Part shown: one piece after another, positions 10,380-23,990 of the stretch
Layout of the letters: each line of letters starts with the position of its first letter
Position numbering within the stretch: the stretch's first letter is position 1
Assembly: GCA_964016885.1 (NCBI GenBank)
Contig: OZ024744.1
Coordinates: 117,118,001 to 117,182,000, forward strand
Direction of reading: 5' to 3'
Source of the DNA: Eledone cirrhosa
Lineage: Eukaryota
DNA: 64,000 nt
Translations under genes and position numbers: made by a program
Notes under the pieces: model-generated
Told to the model about the DNA's origin: nothing
The model's database searches: none
The model's input: only the letters and a program-made list of their open reading frames with translations

Positions 10380-13013
10380 GACAGCCACAATGACAGAGGA
10401 CAGAGACATCGTTATGCTAGCAGGGGACTTCAAAGGTCATGTTGGACAGCTCCAGGATGGATACACTGGGGTTCATGGTGGGCACGGTTATGGCTCAAAA
10501 AATGAAGGAGTGAGGCTTCTTGAATTTTGTGATGCAAATGCACTAAACATTTGCAAAACTAACTTCCATAAACCTACCAACCACCTAATAACATACAAAT
10601 CAGGCGAGCACATAAGCCAGATTGACTTCCTGCTAGTTAGACAGTGAGACAGACTGATGGTGTCAAATACTAAGGCATACCCCGGGGAAGAATGTACCCC
10701 AGAGCATAGGTTAGTCGTTAGTGACATCTCAGTAAGCAAGAGACAAAATGAGACATCAGGAAAGTGTGGAAAAGAAAGCTCTGGAAGCTAAAAGATCTTT
10801 CATTAAAATATAAATTTAGGAAAGCCCTTCGAGACGTGTATGACGAAAAAGAAGACGATTTAAAGTTGTATGACATAGATGATAACTGGAATGTCTTACA
10901 TGACAACTTACTGCAGGCTACTGAAGAAAGTTGTGGCTGGAGCAGAGCTCCAACCAGACAGAGAGTGACCTGGTGGTGGAACAGCATGGTAGATAGGGCC
11001 ATTGGAGACAAAAGATTAGCATGGAATGCTTGGAAAAACGGTGGGAGTAGAGAAGGATACACAGCCGCTAAGAGAGAAGCTAAACATCAGGTGTACTGAG
11101 CATGCAGGGAGACTGAGAGTAGGAGGTTTGCCAATGTTCTGTGACGGGAAGATCAGAGACGTCCAGTGTTCCGCATTGCAAGGCAGTGTGTGAGTGTAAG
11201 TCAGGATGTTGTTGGAGATAAGTGTGTCCGGAATGATGCCGGTGTACTTAGAATGATCAGAAAAGTAGGCCTGGAAATGTCATTATGAGAGACTGATGAA
11301 TGTTGAGAGCAAATGGGAGAGAGAGAAATTACCCCCAATAGACTCGACAGAGGGACCAGCTATTGAGATTGACGACTATAGGGTCCAAGAGGCAATTAAG
11401 GAAATGAAGAATGGTAAGGCTGCTGGACCGTCGGGGATAGTTGCTGAGATGCTGAAGGCATCAGGGGATGTAGGCACTAAACTGGTTGCAAGCATCATTA
11501 ATCAGGCTATATATGGTGGTGTCATACCCAAAGACGGTGCAGCAGTATTCTCATAAATTGCTACAAAGGTAAAGAGAGGAGCAATTATAGGGGCACAAAG
11601 CTGATGGATCAAGTTATGAAAGTGACAGAAAGAATATTAGCACAACTAATTATAGAAAGGGTCAAACTAGATGAGATGCAGTTTGGTTTTGAGCCTGGGA
11701 CAAGTACAGCAGATGCCCTCTTCTTAGTGAGGCAACTACAAGAGAGGTTCTTAGAGAAGAAAAAGCCACTATACTTAGCTTTTGTTGACCTAGAGAAGGC
11801 CTTTGATAGGGTACCCCGATCTGTCATCTGGTGGTCCCTAAGAAAACTAGGTGTAGAGGAATGGCTTGTGAGGACAGTGCAAGCTATGTACAGGGGTGCT
11901 GTCAGTAAAGTGAGAATAGGAATGGAGTTTAGTGAGGAATTCCAGATACAAGTAGGAGTTTGGTCCTCAGCCCGCTCTTGTTCATTATAGTTCTCCAAGC
12001 CATAACAGAGGAGCTTAATACTGGCTGTCCATGGGAACTTCTCTATGCTGACGATCTGGTTCTTATAGCAGAATCAGTAGAGGAGCTAGAGAATAAATTC
12101 TGGCTATGGAAACAGCAGTTAGAATCAAGAGGACTGAGAGTGAAGATAGCTCAGACAAAAGTGTTGAAGTGTTGATAAGTAGAAGAGAGGACAATACTCT
12201 GATTTCATCAGAGAAATGGCCATGTTCGATATGCAGAAAAGGAACTGGCATAAATTCTATAAAATGCACACAATGCAGATCTTGGGTACATAAGAGATGT
12301 AGTGGGATAGCAGGCAAACTAACAGGTAGGGAAAACTACGTATGCAGTAGATGTACAGGGAAATTTGACAGTAGTAATTGCAGTGATAGACATATCTTTC
12401 AAATGCAGGTGGGTTCTATGGAAGTGGTTGATAGTTTCTGGTACCTAGGTGATCATATTAGCATGGGAGGGGGGTGTTCCGAGGCCATAGTATCTAGAAT
12501 AAGGATGGGTTGGAAGAAGTTTAGGGAGCTGCTTCCTCTGTTGACAAAGAAGGGTTTCTCCCTGCATACGAAAGCCGGTTATATGATGCCTGTGTGAGAT
12601 GTGCGATGCTGCATGGTAGTGAGACATGGGCAGCAACTGCAGAGGATATGCGACGGCTGGAGAGAAATGAAGCAAGCATGCTTCGTTGGATGTGCAATGC
12701 CAATGTACGTGAACGACCAAGCATAGATGAGTTGAGAAAGAAACTGTGTATAAGAGGGATAAGTTGTGGTGTGCAGGAGAGAAGACTGAGATGGTATGGA
12801 CATGTGATGTGCATTGAGGATGACCGCTGGGTAAAGAAGTGCCTAGAAGTCCCAGTGGAGGGAAGATGCAGTGGAGGAAGACCTCAGATCGCTGAAGCTC
12901 ACAGAAGAGATGGCGAAGGACTGTGACAAGTGGAAAGATGCTGTGCTGAATAGGACCCTTCTCACCCTTGCAAGCAGGGAAAAGTGGACATAAAATGATG
13001 ATGATGATGATGA
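10380..13013 (+). mobile_element. RTE-clade LINE, 5'-truncated, decayed (EN C-term, RT, PHD-like Zn finger, (GAT)n tail)
   Basis: GDFKGHVG, SQIDFLL, KAAGPSG, AFVDLEKAFDRVP, LLYADDL, CSICRKG..CTQCRSWVHKRC, RRLRWYGHV; several frameshifts and stops. Confidence 0.95.
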
Positions 13014-13352
13014 ATGCAAGAATAAGGAAAGGGCTTTAAGCAAAAACCAGAAAGGGGTTACAAATATTTTAGACTATGATGGTAATTGGACATTTTGAAA
13101 ATAGAATCAGAAACTTTATTGACATCAGAAAATAGTTTAATAATAGGGTATATAAACCCACAAAAGAGAGAAAAAGGGGGCATAAATGCATGTTGTTTTT
13201 CTGTTATGGAGGGATATGCAGGGATCGATTTATCTGGGAAGGCTGTGTGGGTGATTGGCTTGGATCCCCCCTCATGAAACACAGCTTCTGCTCTCTCTGA
13301 ACTGAGCCACTTCTTTCTTTGTCTCCCTCTCGCTCTTCCTGCTTATGTGTGT

Positions 13353-13392
<40 letters not shown>

Positions 13393-13710
13393 TATTAGTT
13401 TAACAATGATAATAAGAATGGTATAGACCCTGCCACGAAAGGTAGTTCACATTGTGTGTACATATATATATATATATATGATGATATAATAGGGTTTAAG
13501 TATCATAAGAGAGAAAGAAGCAAAGAGCTACAGAGAGGTGCGATACAGAATACTAAATTCTGACAGCTGAAACATGGTGCACTCAATGTTTGGGTTAGCA
13601 GGGTTAAATATTAGAGAGGGGGTTAATATTTAGCGTATGGTTTAAGCAGAGCGGGTATAAGCAAATGAATGAATGAAGGAGTTACAAGCTGTTAAAACAA
13701 TTCTTTATAT

Positions 13711-13751
13711 AGCTCTTACACGTGTTTCTCCCAGAAGGGCTCTTCAGAGGC
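13711..13751 (-). ncRNA. Minimal type I hammerhead ribozyme downstream of a Penelope-like ORF
   Basis: Minus strand: gcct-CUGAAGA-gccc ttct ggga-GAAA-cacgtg-UA-agagc. Stem III is palindromic; stem I is partly mismatched. Confidence 0.7.
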
Positions 13752-14650
13752 AGAAATTCTTATGATTACATCAGTAAGTATAGATACCGTTGAGAAATTA
13801 TTACTCCAACTTTACGTCACCCTGCATTTTGCCCGAAAAAGTTTAAACACAATGGCGTCGGTGAAAGGGACATAACCCACTAAGGGAAGTGATTATTCAG
13901 TGCTAGGCTGTATGTGCCTAAGTTTATTTCAACCAACCCCAGCCAGGGGGGAGGGATTTTTTTAGCAGGGTGAGTCTAACTCAGTAAGTATTGTGCAGTG
14001 TTTTGGTGGGAAACCGATGGATGGTTGATAGTGTCATTATACACTGCACATTGGTATACCCATTGCAGGTGGGCCAAATTGAGGTGTGATGCAGAAAGCT
14101 GTGGAGATATGTTATTCAGGTTCAGGGGACCATCTGTAGGAGTGCTGCAGTCGGTGATCACAATTGATAACCGTTTCAGCCCGACTATTAATGAGTTCCT
14201 GGGGTGCTTGTACTATATAGTATAACTCCATTAAGCAGAGCTAGCAATTTTTCCTGAAATTATATGGGGTTGCTTGGTTAACAATTTCCCATTAAGTGGT
14301 GTAGCTAATGTTAGATTCAGTTAATTGAGTAATATAATTAGCAAGGCAGGTAGAGAATCTGAGTTTCTTATTTCTAAAGGAGTGGAGATGTGATCTAAAT
14401 CTAGTCTTGAACTCATTAGAAGTGGCGCCTATGTAAGACCTAGTGCTATTATATCTCGTCACAGTGCATTTATAGATTACGTTTCTAATCAAGGAGTGGC
14501 CCTGGAGTGAACAATTTGTTGGGGTTTCGGCAATTGCAGTGTTTTTTGTTGCTATTTCTAATGTGGTGAGGTCCGCTGTTATCATTACTACTATCATTAC
14601 CATCACCATTGTCGTCATTGTTGCGGTTGGCATTATTATAGTTATAGTCC

Positions 14651-14833
14651 GGTGGATTGGCAGTATCGGTAGAGGGTCGGATGCCATGCTTTGATGTATA
14701 GACTTACGGCCCCTGCTATTCTGAGTTCAAATCCCGCCGAGGTTCACTTTGCCTTTCATCCTTACGGGGTCGATAAAATAAAGTACCAGTAATGCACTGG
14801 GTAATTGCTGGCCTTGTGCCAAACGTAGAAACA
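14651..14833 (+). mobile_element. tRNA-derived SINE (Meta/Sauria-like domain) with 19-bp TSD
   Basis: TSD attattatagttatagtcc at 14632-14650 and 14834-14852. Confidence 0.9.
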
Positions 14834-15748
14834 ATTATTATAGTTATAGTCCTGCGGTATGGTGCTATTTCTATTGTTCCTATAATGGCTCCTTCTACAG
14901 CTGCTGTTATCGCTGCTATGGTTTCTAACCTAGTCGCCAGCTCCACTATTAGTGCTGCGGTTAGTCTCTATGGTGTTGCTATTGTAGACGTTACTGCTAA
15001 TACTGTGATTACTGTCCTGGTTTCTATTACTGCTACTACTATGGGCAACGGAATTGTTAAGGTTATCAGGGTAGCCAGATTCACCAATGTTGGCATTATG
15101 GGCTGACTTTATTCTATTGAACTTACTGTGGTTGCTAAGTGCTATTATGTCGGCTAAGTTAGGTGTAGTAGAGTAGGATATTTTGACGTTATTCTTGTTG
15201 AGGATCTTGTGGTACCTATGGTTAGGTGGGAAGTTCCACTCTAAGCTGTTGAAGAAGATTCTGGGTATGTTAGAGGCTATACTACTAGAGTAGGGGGGAG
15301 GGGGAAGGAACCATATGGCATTACACCGGCGTTTCCGTGTCGCCATTGGGCCGGTGTGGTCGTTTAAGCCCTGGTGAGTGTTTCTACTATGGCAGTTGGA
15401 TTGCTGCCTATTGTGCGCTCTGTTCATATTAGTCCCATGTGCTAACTTACCCCCTGCTGGGCCGACCTGGGTTACCCTATGCTTGCTACTAGGTGCTGGT
15501 AAGATACTGTCACCATTATTAAGCCTGTACATGGGGAAATTTTCTAGTAGGCTGTTGTTAATTATATTACCCAAACTAAGTTGGCACTGGTGTAGGGGTC
15601 CCCTAGGCCCACCACCCTTGCTGTTATGATGTTGGCCAAGGCTAGTTGCAATACTAGTTTGACCTGTATATTTCCCATTCATTTGCTTATATATATGTAT
15701 ATATACACACACACATGCATAAGCAGGAAGATTGAACGAGAGAGAAGT

Positions 15749-15800
15749 GGCTTTCCTGATGATTTCCTTCCAATAAAACCATTCTAGTCCTGTAGAAGCC
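15749..15800 (+). ncRNA. Degenerate hammerhead ribozyme copy (GAAA to AAAA)
   Basis: ggctttc-CUGAUGA-tttccttccaat-AAAA-ccattctagtcctg-UA-gaagcc; paralog of 39993-40044. Confidence 0.55.
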
Positions 15801-16063
15801 ATTTCTATATTAAACATTGTGGTTATATATATATATATGATATATATATGAGTATGTTTGTTGTTATATGCAGGGCCCACCAAACTTGAACTGCACCCTC
15901 TCCATCTAAATCTCATCCTGTTATTAGACTAGTTTCTGTAGTTAAAATACAGTGAAAGTTTCTAATTCTATTTTTCAAAATTTAATTTCATAGTTTAATA
16001 CAAAAGTCCACGATGTGGACCTACTTTTGCCAGACTTTCAAGTTTGTTGCTGTTTATGTTTAT

Positions 16064-16781
16064 CTCTTTAACATTTAAACCGATTGCATTGGGCCAGAAT
16101 TCTCTCACCTCTTTCTGTTCAAACTGGCTGTAACTGACCACTCATACTGATGTTAAGATATTGTTCTTAAAATAAATAATATCAAAATGTCATAGATTCA
16201 ATATTTTGTGAGATATTATGTGAGGTAAAGACTTTTCTGTGAAAATACAATAGTATATATAGAGTAATGTAAATGTTATGAGATATTATGTGATGTAAAG
16301 CCTTTACTGTGAAAATACAATAGTATATATAGAGTAATGTAAATGTTATGAGATATTATGTGATGTAAAGACTTTACTGTGAAAATACAATAGTATATAT
16401 AGAGTAATGTAAATGTTATGTGAGATATGATGTGATGTAAAGCCTTTACTGTGAAAATACAATAGTATATATAGAGTAATGTAAATGTTATGTGAGATAT
16501 TATGTGATGTAAAGCCTTTACTGTGAAAATACAATAGTATATATAGAGTAATGTAAATGTTATGCGATATTATGTGATGTAAAGCCTTTACTGTGAAAAT
16601 ACAATAGTATATATAGAGTAATGTAAATGTTATGTGAGATATGATGTGATGTAAAGCCTTTACTGTGAAAATACAATAGTATATATAGAGTAATGTAAAT
16701 GTTATGTGAGATATTATGTGAGGTAAAGCCTTTACTGTGAAAATACAATAGTATATATAGAGTAATGTAAATGCTAAAGGG
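16064..16781. mobile_element. piggyBac-like MITE containing a 72-bp minisatellite (~8 copies, ~16210-16773)
   Basis: Termini ctctttaacattta / taaatgctaaaggg followed by TTAA. Unit tatgtgaggtaaagcctttactgtgaaaatacaatagtatatatagagtaatgtaaatgttatgtgagatat. Confidence 0.75.
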
Positions 16782-17316
16782 TTAAATTATCACTAGTTTG
16801 AAGGATTGACTTGGGGCTAAACAATAACATTAATAATAAACCCCCCCCACCCTAACCCCACACTAATCTTAAGGGCTTGCAAAGCCTATAGTCATTATCT
16901 CTCTTTGCAAAGCTAATATGTTTTGTTTTAAACTATGGCGTTTTTTTAGTCTTGGGATCTGTCTTCTCTCTTAAAAACCAAATAATATTTGTCTTAGATT
17001 TTTTTCTTTTCCTTTCAAAAAGAGTTTTTACTTCGTGCTAGAATGATTTAAATAGGGGTTTGCTTACAAATCTAGGTATTTCAACAGCTTGGTACCCCTT
17101 TTTTTGCTTCAACCATGTTATCATAGAGATAGTCTTACCTTTTTCTTCAACTGGTACCTTTTCTCCAACTAGAATTGGCAAATAACTTTATTTTCAAATA
17201 TTGAATATTTTTTTTCTCTTTCCAAATTTTGTAATTTCTATTTAATAATTTTGCTTTTGTTGTTGAAATTTATATAAAAATTTCAAATATTTCTTTACTA
17301 GTCATTTCTAATTTAA

Positions 17317-17757
17317 CCCTTCAGTTACCAACCCAGCCAAAACCAGCTCTGGTTCTATGAAATAAAACCACCCATTATAAACAGTCCCTATTTAACCCTT
17401 TAGTTACCAACCCAGCCAAAACCAGCTCTGGTTCTATCAAATAAAACCACCCATTTTAAACAGTCCCTATTTAACCCTTTAGTTACCAACTCAGCCAAAA
17501 CCAGCTCTGGTTCTATCAAATAAAACCACATATTATAAAGAGTTCCTATTTAACCCCTTAGTTACCAACCTGGCCAAAACCACCCCTGGTTCTATCAAAT
17601 AAAACCACCCATTTTAAAGAGTTCCTATTTAAATTAAAATCTTCCAACATAATTTTATATAAGAACCTTACATTAAGTTACTATCTTAGTAATGAAATAA
17701 TTAATAATTTTAGTAAATACCTGAAAATTTTTCATTAGAAATATGGTCATGAAAGGG
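17317..17757. mobile_element. piggyBac-like MITE whose 5' end is tandemly repeated four times (~79 bp)
   Basis: TTAA-ccctt...aaggg-TTAA; units start at about 17313, 17392, 17471 and 17549. Confidence 0.7.
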
Positions 17758-18138
17758 TTAAGTTGAATTTGGTTTATTTTTGACTTTTTCCTCACTTCTC
17801 TTAACTTCTTACACTTATTATTGACTTAACCTTTACTTTATAAGTGCACACAAGTTCTTTATTTACTGCTTCTAACTTGGTATAATGATTGTTACTCTAT
17901 TAAACTCTAATTGTTAACAAAACAGATGGTCTTTCCGAAACTAGGTTAGCATTTCTGAGACACCAAATTAAGAGCTGAATGGATGTGAAGAAAACTTTCA
18001 GACAGATATACTCTTCCAAAAAATCTTGAGTTTGTGTGTGTTATATGTGGTGTATATATATAAGTTGTTCTTTTTTGAATTTTATTATTTTCTCTTAAAG
18101 AAAAGAAATGTGAAACCAAAAATTCTTTATTTTTATAG

Positions 18139-18226
18139 AAATCCAAGATTATATGGAGAATCTCAACATGTAGCACATTGTAAACAGAACTGGCTGCAAA
18201 ATAATAATAATATTAATAACAACAAC

Positions 18227-18258
<32 letters not shown>

Positions 18259-18484
18259 CAATAACAACAACACTGCCACCAACAAGCAACAGTCTGAATA
18301 TATGGATATGTCTGGAAGAAACCAAGAACGGACCAAGCACCAAACAGAATGGACACGTATTAGATCACAGATGTCTGACAGTAGCCGAAGTCTGTATTCT
18401 ACAGTAAGCTTTGATAAACTCACCAACAACAACAACAATTCTCCTGAAACTTCCCAAAATATTCCACCCAGTTCCTCTCACAAT
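18139..18484 (+). CDS. Host gene internal exon A (Asn-rich; YMDM and SLYSTV motifs)
   Basis: Acceptor tttatttttatag|A, donor AAT|gtaagt. Open frame NPRLYGESQH...SEYMDMSG...SLYSTVSF...SSSHN, phase 2 to 0. Confidence 0.7.
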
Positions 18485-18628
18485 GTAAGTTACCATTATC
18501 ATGGAATTATTTTATTTATTTATTTAGATTTTTTTCTTTAATGAATTTTATTAATTGGTTTGTTTTTATTAAATAGAGGAAAGAAAATTAATCCAGTTCA
18601 TTTTTAGTTTTTAACATATGGTTCATCA

Positions 18629-18659
<31 letters not shown>

Positions 18660-19149
18660 CACACACATATACATGCACATATACATATAAATATATCCAC
18701 ACACATATGTATGTATATATGTATATGGTGAGTATACATACATGCACACATATGCATAAGTGTATGTATATGGCATGTATAAATACATATATATACAATA
18801 TATATACGTATGTATATATTAGCTAAGGTAAAAATATATGTACAAAGCTCAAATGAATGATAATAATTATCTACATCCATTTGAGCTTTGTATATCCATA
18901 AAATAATAATAATAATAATTATATGTGATAATATATAACTGCCAAGTAGTTTCAGATTAGTTCAACATGTTTATATATTGTATTGGTCAGAAGAAACATG
19001 TGGTAGGAACTGAAAATAATTTAAAAGCTAATTTTTCCATCTATATATTTGATTATATATATATATAATCTAGTATGTGTATGAGTGTATGTATATATTT
19101 GTTTATGCTACTTGCTATTTATATATATATATTGAGTCATATATATATA

Positions 19150-19441
19150 CTAGCAGAATGGCCCAGTGTTGCTTGGGATTTGCTCTAGGGTTCTTATATA
19201 TTTGATATATATTTACCCTTATCGAGCCTTGTGAAATAAATACGTTTGTTTATATTTTGTTATTGTGAATGCAAAAATATCTGTACACGAATATATAATT
19301 ATATATATATTTATATATATATTAAAATAACAGATTAAAGTTTAAGCAAAGAATCGCTGCTTTCACTCTTAACGGGATCTTCTGAAACTAAAAAAATCAA
19401 TCTGTGAACGCAGAAGTAAATATTTCGAAAGACGTTACACA

Positions 19442-19478
<37 letters not shown>

Positions 19479-19787
19479 CACACACTATATATATACATAT
19501 ACACACACACAATGTTGTAATGCAGACAGCCAGACATACAGACAGATATTATAAGGGTGCAACGTTATATCTATGTATCTATCTAAAAAGAAAGACTAAG
19601 AATTATAGAGAGAGATCGCTAAATCGCCTAATGTGGTCCCTAGGGCATTTTGAAATATATTTTGCTCAAAACACTCACAGAACCATAAATATTACATGTG
19701 TAAAGTTTGAAAACAATCGGTTGGGTGGTTCTCAAGTTGTACGGAGACAGACAGAGAGACAGACATTCTCTGTTTTAGAAATATAGA
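19150..19787 (-). mobile_element. Non-autonomous Helitron
   Basis: Minus strand starts A|TC and ends CTAG|T, with a subterminal hairpin cccagtgttgcttggg (19162-19177) and an (ACAG)n tract near the 5' end. Confidence 0.7.
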
Positions 19788-19929
19788 TATGTCATATATA
19801 TATGTCTTATCATCATCATCATCGCTTAACGTCCATCTTCCACACTAGCATGGGTTAGACGGTTTTGTTCCATTTGATGCGGAGACCATGTCTCGCTTGT
19901 ACAGAAGTGTCCCTGGCAGATCTTTTACA

Positions 19930-20998
19930 GCTGTAGGAAAGGTGTAGGTAGGAACTCCATTCTCTGCCCCATATGCAAACAATGGGTACACATGAGATGT
20001 AGCGGGATCTCAGGAAGCTTAATTAAGAATGTAGGCTTCACATGTAGCAGCTGTGCTGGGACAGCAAGCAGCAAACAGCCACAGGAAACAAGTACCACCA
20101 ATCTCTGGGAGGGCTCTATAGAGACAGTAGACAGCTTCTGCTACCTAGGTGACCGAATTAGCAGTGGAGGTGGGTGTTCAGAAAGTACAATAACTAGGGT
20201 AAGAACAGGATGGAAGAAGTTCAGGGAACTACTACCACTGCTTGCTGCAAAAGGCTTTTCCCTCAAAATGAAAGGCAGACTGTATGATGCGTGTATACGA
20301 ACAACAATGTTACATGGTAGTGAGACCTGGGCGCTGAAGGTGGAGGACTTACGTAGATTAGAAAGAAACGAAGCCTGTATGCTCCGATGGATGTGTAATA
20401 GTAATATACACGAACGGCAAAGCGTAAATAAATTGAGAGAGAGACTGAGCATAAGAGGAATCAAATGCTGTGTGCAGGAGAGGCGGATGCGTTGGTATGG
20501 ACATGTGATGCGTATGAAGGATGACAGCTGCATAAAAAGGTACAGAGCACTAGACGTCATTGGAAACCGCAGAGTGGGCAGACCCAAGAAGACCTGGGAT
20601 GAGGTGATAAAAGCCGACCTTACCCAATTACACCTCACACGACCGTGACCTCTGGTGTCATGCAGTAATACAGAGTACCCGACCTCCCATGGGTACAAGC
20701 TGAAGCATATAGACAATATGCCCCCACAGCCTCCCACTGCAAAGTGGTCATGGAGGTGCCACGGCCAAAAAGCACCCAGCCCACACTGTAAAGTGGACGT
20801 GTAGGCGCCACGGAAAAAAGCACCTAGCACTCAGTGTAAATGAGGTTGGTGTTAGGAAGGGTATCCAGCTATAGAAATCAGGCCAAATCAGTTCCTGTAT
20901 GAACAAGGCATGGTCAGCCGACCAGACACTGCCCACAACAGGACAACCCATCTAACCCATGCTAGCGTGGAAGAACGGACGTAAAACGGTGATGATGA
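19930..20998 (+). mobile_element. RTE LINE 3' fragment with long 3' UTR
   Basis: ORF 19992-20648 has FCYLGD, GWKKFRELLPLL, MLHGSETW, RMRWYGHV; (GAT)n tail. The 3' UTR matches 43927-44330. Confidence 0.9.
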
Positions 20999-21051
20999 TA
21001 TATATGTTGTATATATATATATATTGTATATATATATATATATGTTCTATA

Positions 21052-21768
21052 TCATCATCATCATCATCATCATCATCGTTTAACGTCCATCTTCCACGCT
21101 TGCATGGGTTTGGACGGGAATTTTCCCACTTGAGGCAAGAGTGGTTGTCTTGCTCGCATAGGACTATCTGGATGCCCTTCCTAACACCAACCACATTTAC
21201 AGTGTGGGGCTGGGAGGTTTTTACCGTGTTGCCTACACGGCCACATTACAGCGTGGACTGTCTGGCGGGTTTTCTACAGCTGGATGCCCTTCCTAACACC
21301 AACCACATTTACAGTGTGGGACTGGGAGGTTTTTACCGTGTTACCTACACGGCCACATTACAGCGTGGACTGTGTGTTTTTTTTTTGTCGTGACACCTAC
21401 ACGATCTCATTTGTTTCGGCCTGGATGTTGTGGCACCAACATAACTTTACATTGAAAGGGGTGGTGGGGCGGGGGTATATTTTGTTAGAGATGCCTACTG
21501 ACTGTAGTAGGTTTTACTTTGTATTTAGGTAAGGCGGGTCTTCTCTATTACTGAATACCGCCAAAGGTCTCGGTCCAGTGACATTGTCTTGGAGAGGTGT
21601 AAGTATGTGAGGTCGGAATTTATCAGCTCGTCCCAGGTTTTTCTGGGTCTGCCTACTCCGTGGCTACCATCTATCTTTATTGCCCTGCACTTTGTTATAC
21701 AGCTGTCGTCTTTCATGCGCATCATGTGACCATACCAACGTAGCCTTCTCTCGAGTAAACAACATCTG
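21052..21768 (-). mobile_element. RTE LINE 3' fragment (same subfamily as 60638-61590)
   Basis: RCCLLERRLRWYGHMMRMKDD...WRYSVIEKTRLT; 3' UTR with an internal ~115-bp duplication; (GAT)n tail. Confidence 0.9.
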
Positions 21769-21954
21769 ATATATATATGTTGTATATATATATATATATG
21801 TTGTATATATATATGTTGTATATATATATGTTGTATATATATATGTTGTATATACATATATATATATATGTTGTATATATATATGTTTTATATATATATA
21901 TTTTGTATATATATATGTCGTATATATATATATGTCGTATATATATATATTTTG

Positions 21955-21986
<32 letters not shown>

Positions 21987-22095
21987 TGTCGTATATATAT
22001 ATATGTCGTATATATATATATGTCGTATATATATATAAGTCGTATATATTTATATATGTTGTATATATATATATTTTGTATATATATATATTTTG

Positions 22096-22127
<32 letters not shown>

Positions 22128-22240
22128 TGTCGTATATATATATATGTCGTATATATATATATATGTCGTATATATATATATATAAGTCGTATATATATAT
22201 ATATATGTTGTATATATATATATTTTGTATATATATATAC
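21769..22240. repeat. Compound (TA)n microsatellite with tgtcg/tgttg/ttttg interruptions
   Basis: Read directly from the sequence. Confidence 0.95.
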
Positions 22241-22244
22241 AACA

Positions 22245-22745
22245 GGGGTGTTAAGGTTTGGTGCAGGGTGACCCGGCGTGAAAACCGTAAACTGGGTCAC
22301 CCTGCACCAAACCTTAACACCCCAGCAGGCAGGCGCTGCAAAAAAATCCGGAAACTAATCATGCATCCCAGACCCGGCATGAATCGACCCCGGCGGGCAG
22401 GCGCAGCAAACAAACATCTGAAAACTAACTATGCACCCGTGACCCTGCGCGAATTGACAATGGTAAAGCAGTAACCACAAAGTAATAACGGGTAAAAGTT
22501 GACTGGGGAACACTGCCCTAACACCGGCTAGGCTGATCTCTCTTGACCTACTGCAAAATCAATACATGGTTTGTACGAAGAATGAACTGGAATGTGAACT
22601 TATTTCTAAAAATCCATTCTGGGTCATGTAAGAAACGCTTTTTAGTTTTTTATGCCCTTGAGAAGCCCATCCGGGCGAAACATACGTAGGTGCTGTTTTA
22701 AATAAACATGTTTTAACGGTTTGTTCTCCTTTATATACTTCTCCA
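22245..22745 (+). mobile_element. Penelope-derived fragment: 30-bp perfect 5' hairpin plus non-canonical HHR (22654-22692) plus AATAAA
   Basis: ggggtgttaaggtttggtgcagggtgaccc (22245-22274) / reverse complement (22294-22323); gcc-CUUGAGAA-gccc atcc gggc-GAAA-catacg-UA-gg; aataaa at ~22702. Confidence 0.6.
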
Positions 22746-22931
22746 CGTATATATATATGTCATATATATATATATATATGTGTCGTATATATATATATGT
22801 ATGTCATATATATATATATATATGTGTCGTATATACATATATATATATATATGTGTGTCGTATATATATATATATATATATCTGATCATATATATATATA
22901 TCTGATCATCTGATATCGTATATATATATCT

Positions 22932-23990
22932 GATCATCAGATCAGACCAAGGAAATAATGTTTCTAATGGTCTTTCTATTACTGATACTATCTGTTGCTC
23001 ACAACTCCTCACAGAAGAAAAGAGCTGATCATCAGATCTAAAAATTAAATTAAATTAGGGGACATGTCCGAGTCATGCGCCATATCCACCATAGAATAAG
23101 CTCAAAGAATAGATGAATAGATCCGAGCATTTTATATCAACTAGAAATTGATTGACATATATATATATATATTTAAAATAAATATATGAAACAATCACAG
23201 GGGATAATTTGTAAAGTGTGTAAGCACACACAGCTAGGTAGGTAACTAATTAAAGTTTAACTAGAACTTCAAATATTACCTTTTAAAATTGATTAACCTT
23301 CCTTGTATATATTTCATTAAGGAAATATATTTCACCATTAATCCGTAAAGTGACAGTAGTCAAATCCCGGATCTTCACCAAGGGAGAAGATTTAACTATC
23401 TGTGTTTACACATCCAATACAAATCTGCGAATGACCCATCGCATGTGTTGCATTTTTAAAAACTACACACATCGTGCCAGCGTCATCCCAGTGGCGTGAA
23501 TAGGGTTATTGACAGCTAGAAATAGCAGCCGAGTCCTTTCAACTGAGTTAGCTCTACAATTAAGGGGCCGTGTATATATCCAAAATTAAATTAAATTAGG
23601 GGAAATGTCCGAGACATGCGCCATATCCACCGTAGAATAAGTTCAAGGATTCCAATGAATAGATCCGATCATTTTAAATCAATTAGAAATAGATTGACAT
23701 ATATATATATATTTAAAATAAATACATGAAACAATCACAGGGGATAATTTGTAAAGTGTGTAAGCACACACGGCTAGGTAAGTAACTAATTAAAGTTTAA
23801 CTAGAACTTCAAATATTACCTTTTAAAATTGATTAATCTTATGGCACATGTCTCGGACATGACCTTTAATTTAATTTAATTTTGGATCTGATGATCAGCT
23901 CTTTTCTTCTGTAGGAGTTGTGAGCAACAGATAGTATCAGTAATAGAAAGACCATTAGAAACATTGTTTCCTTGGTCTGATCTGATGATC
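22932..23990. repeat. Fold-back unit with an internal ~255-bp direct duplication
   Basis: 23042-23297 is repeated at 23582-23837; 22932-23085 is inverted at ~23840-23990. Confidence 0.85.

Larger units (their letters stand above)
13690..15690 (-). mobile_element. Penelope-like element remnant (RT C-term linker and GIY-YIG endonuclease)
   Basis: RKRRCNAIWFLPPPPYS...FPPNHRYHKILNKNNVKISYSTTPNL and CSLQGHSLIRNVIYKCTV...YIGATSNEFKTRFRSHLHSF; HHR at its 3' end. Boundaries approximate. Confidence 0.85.
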
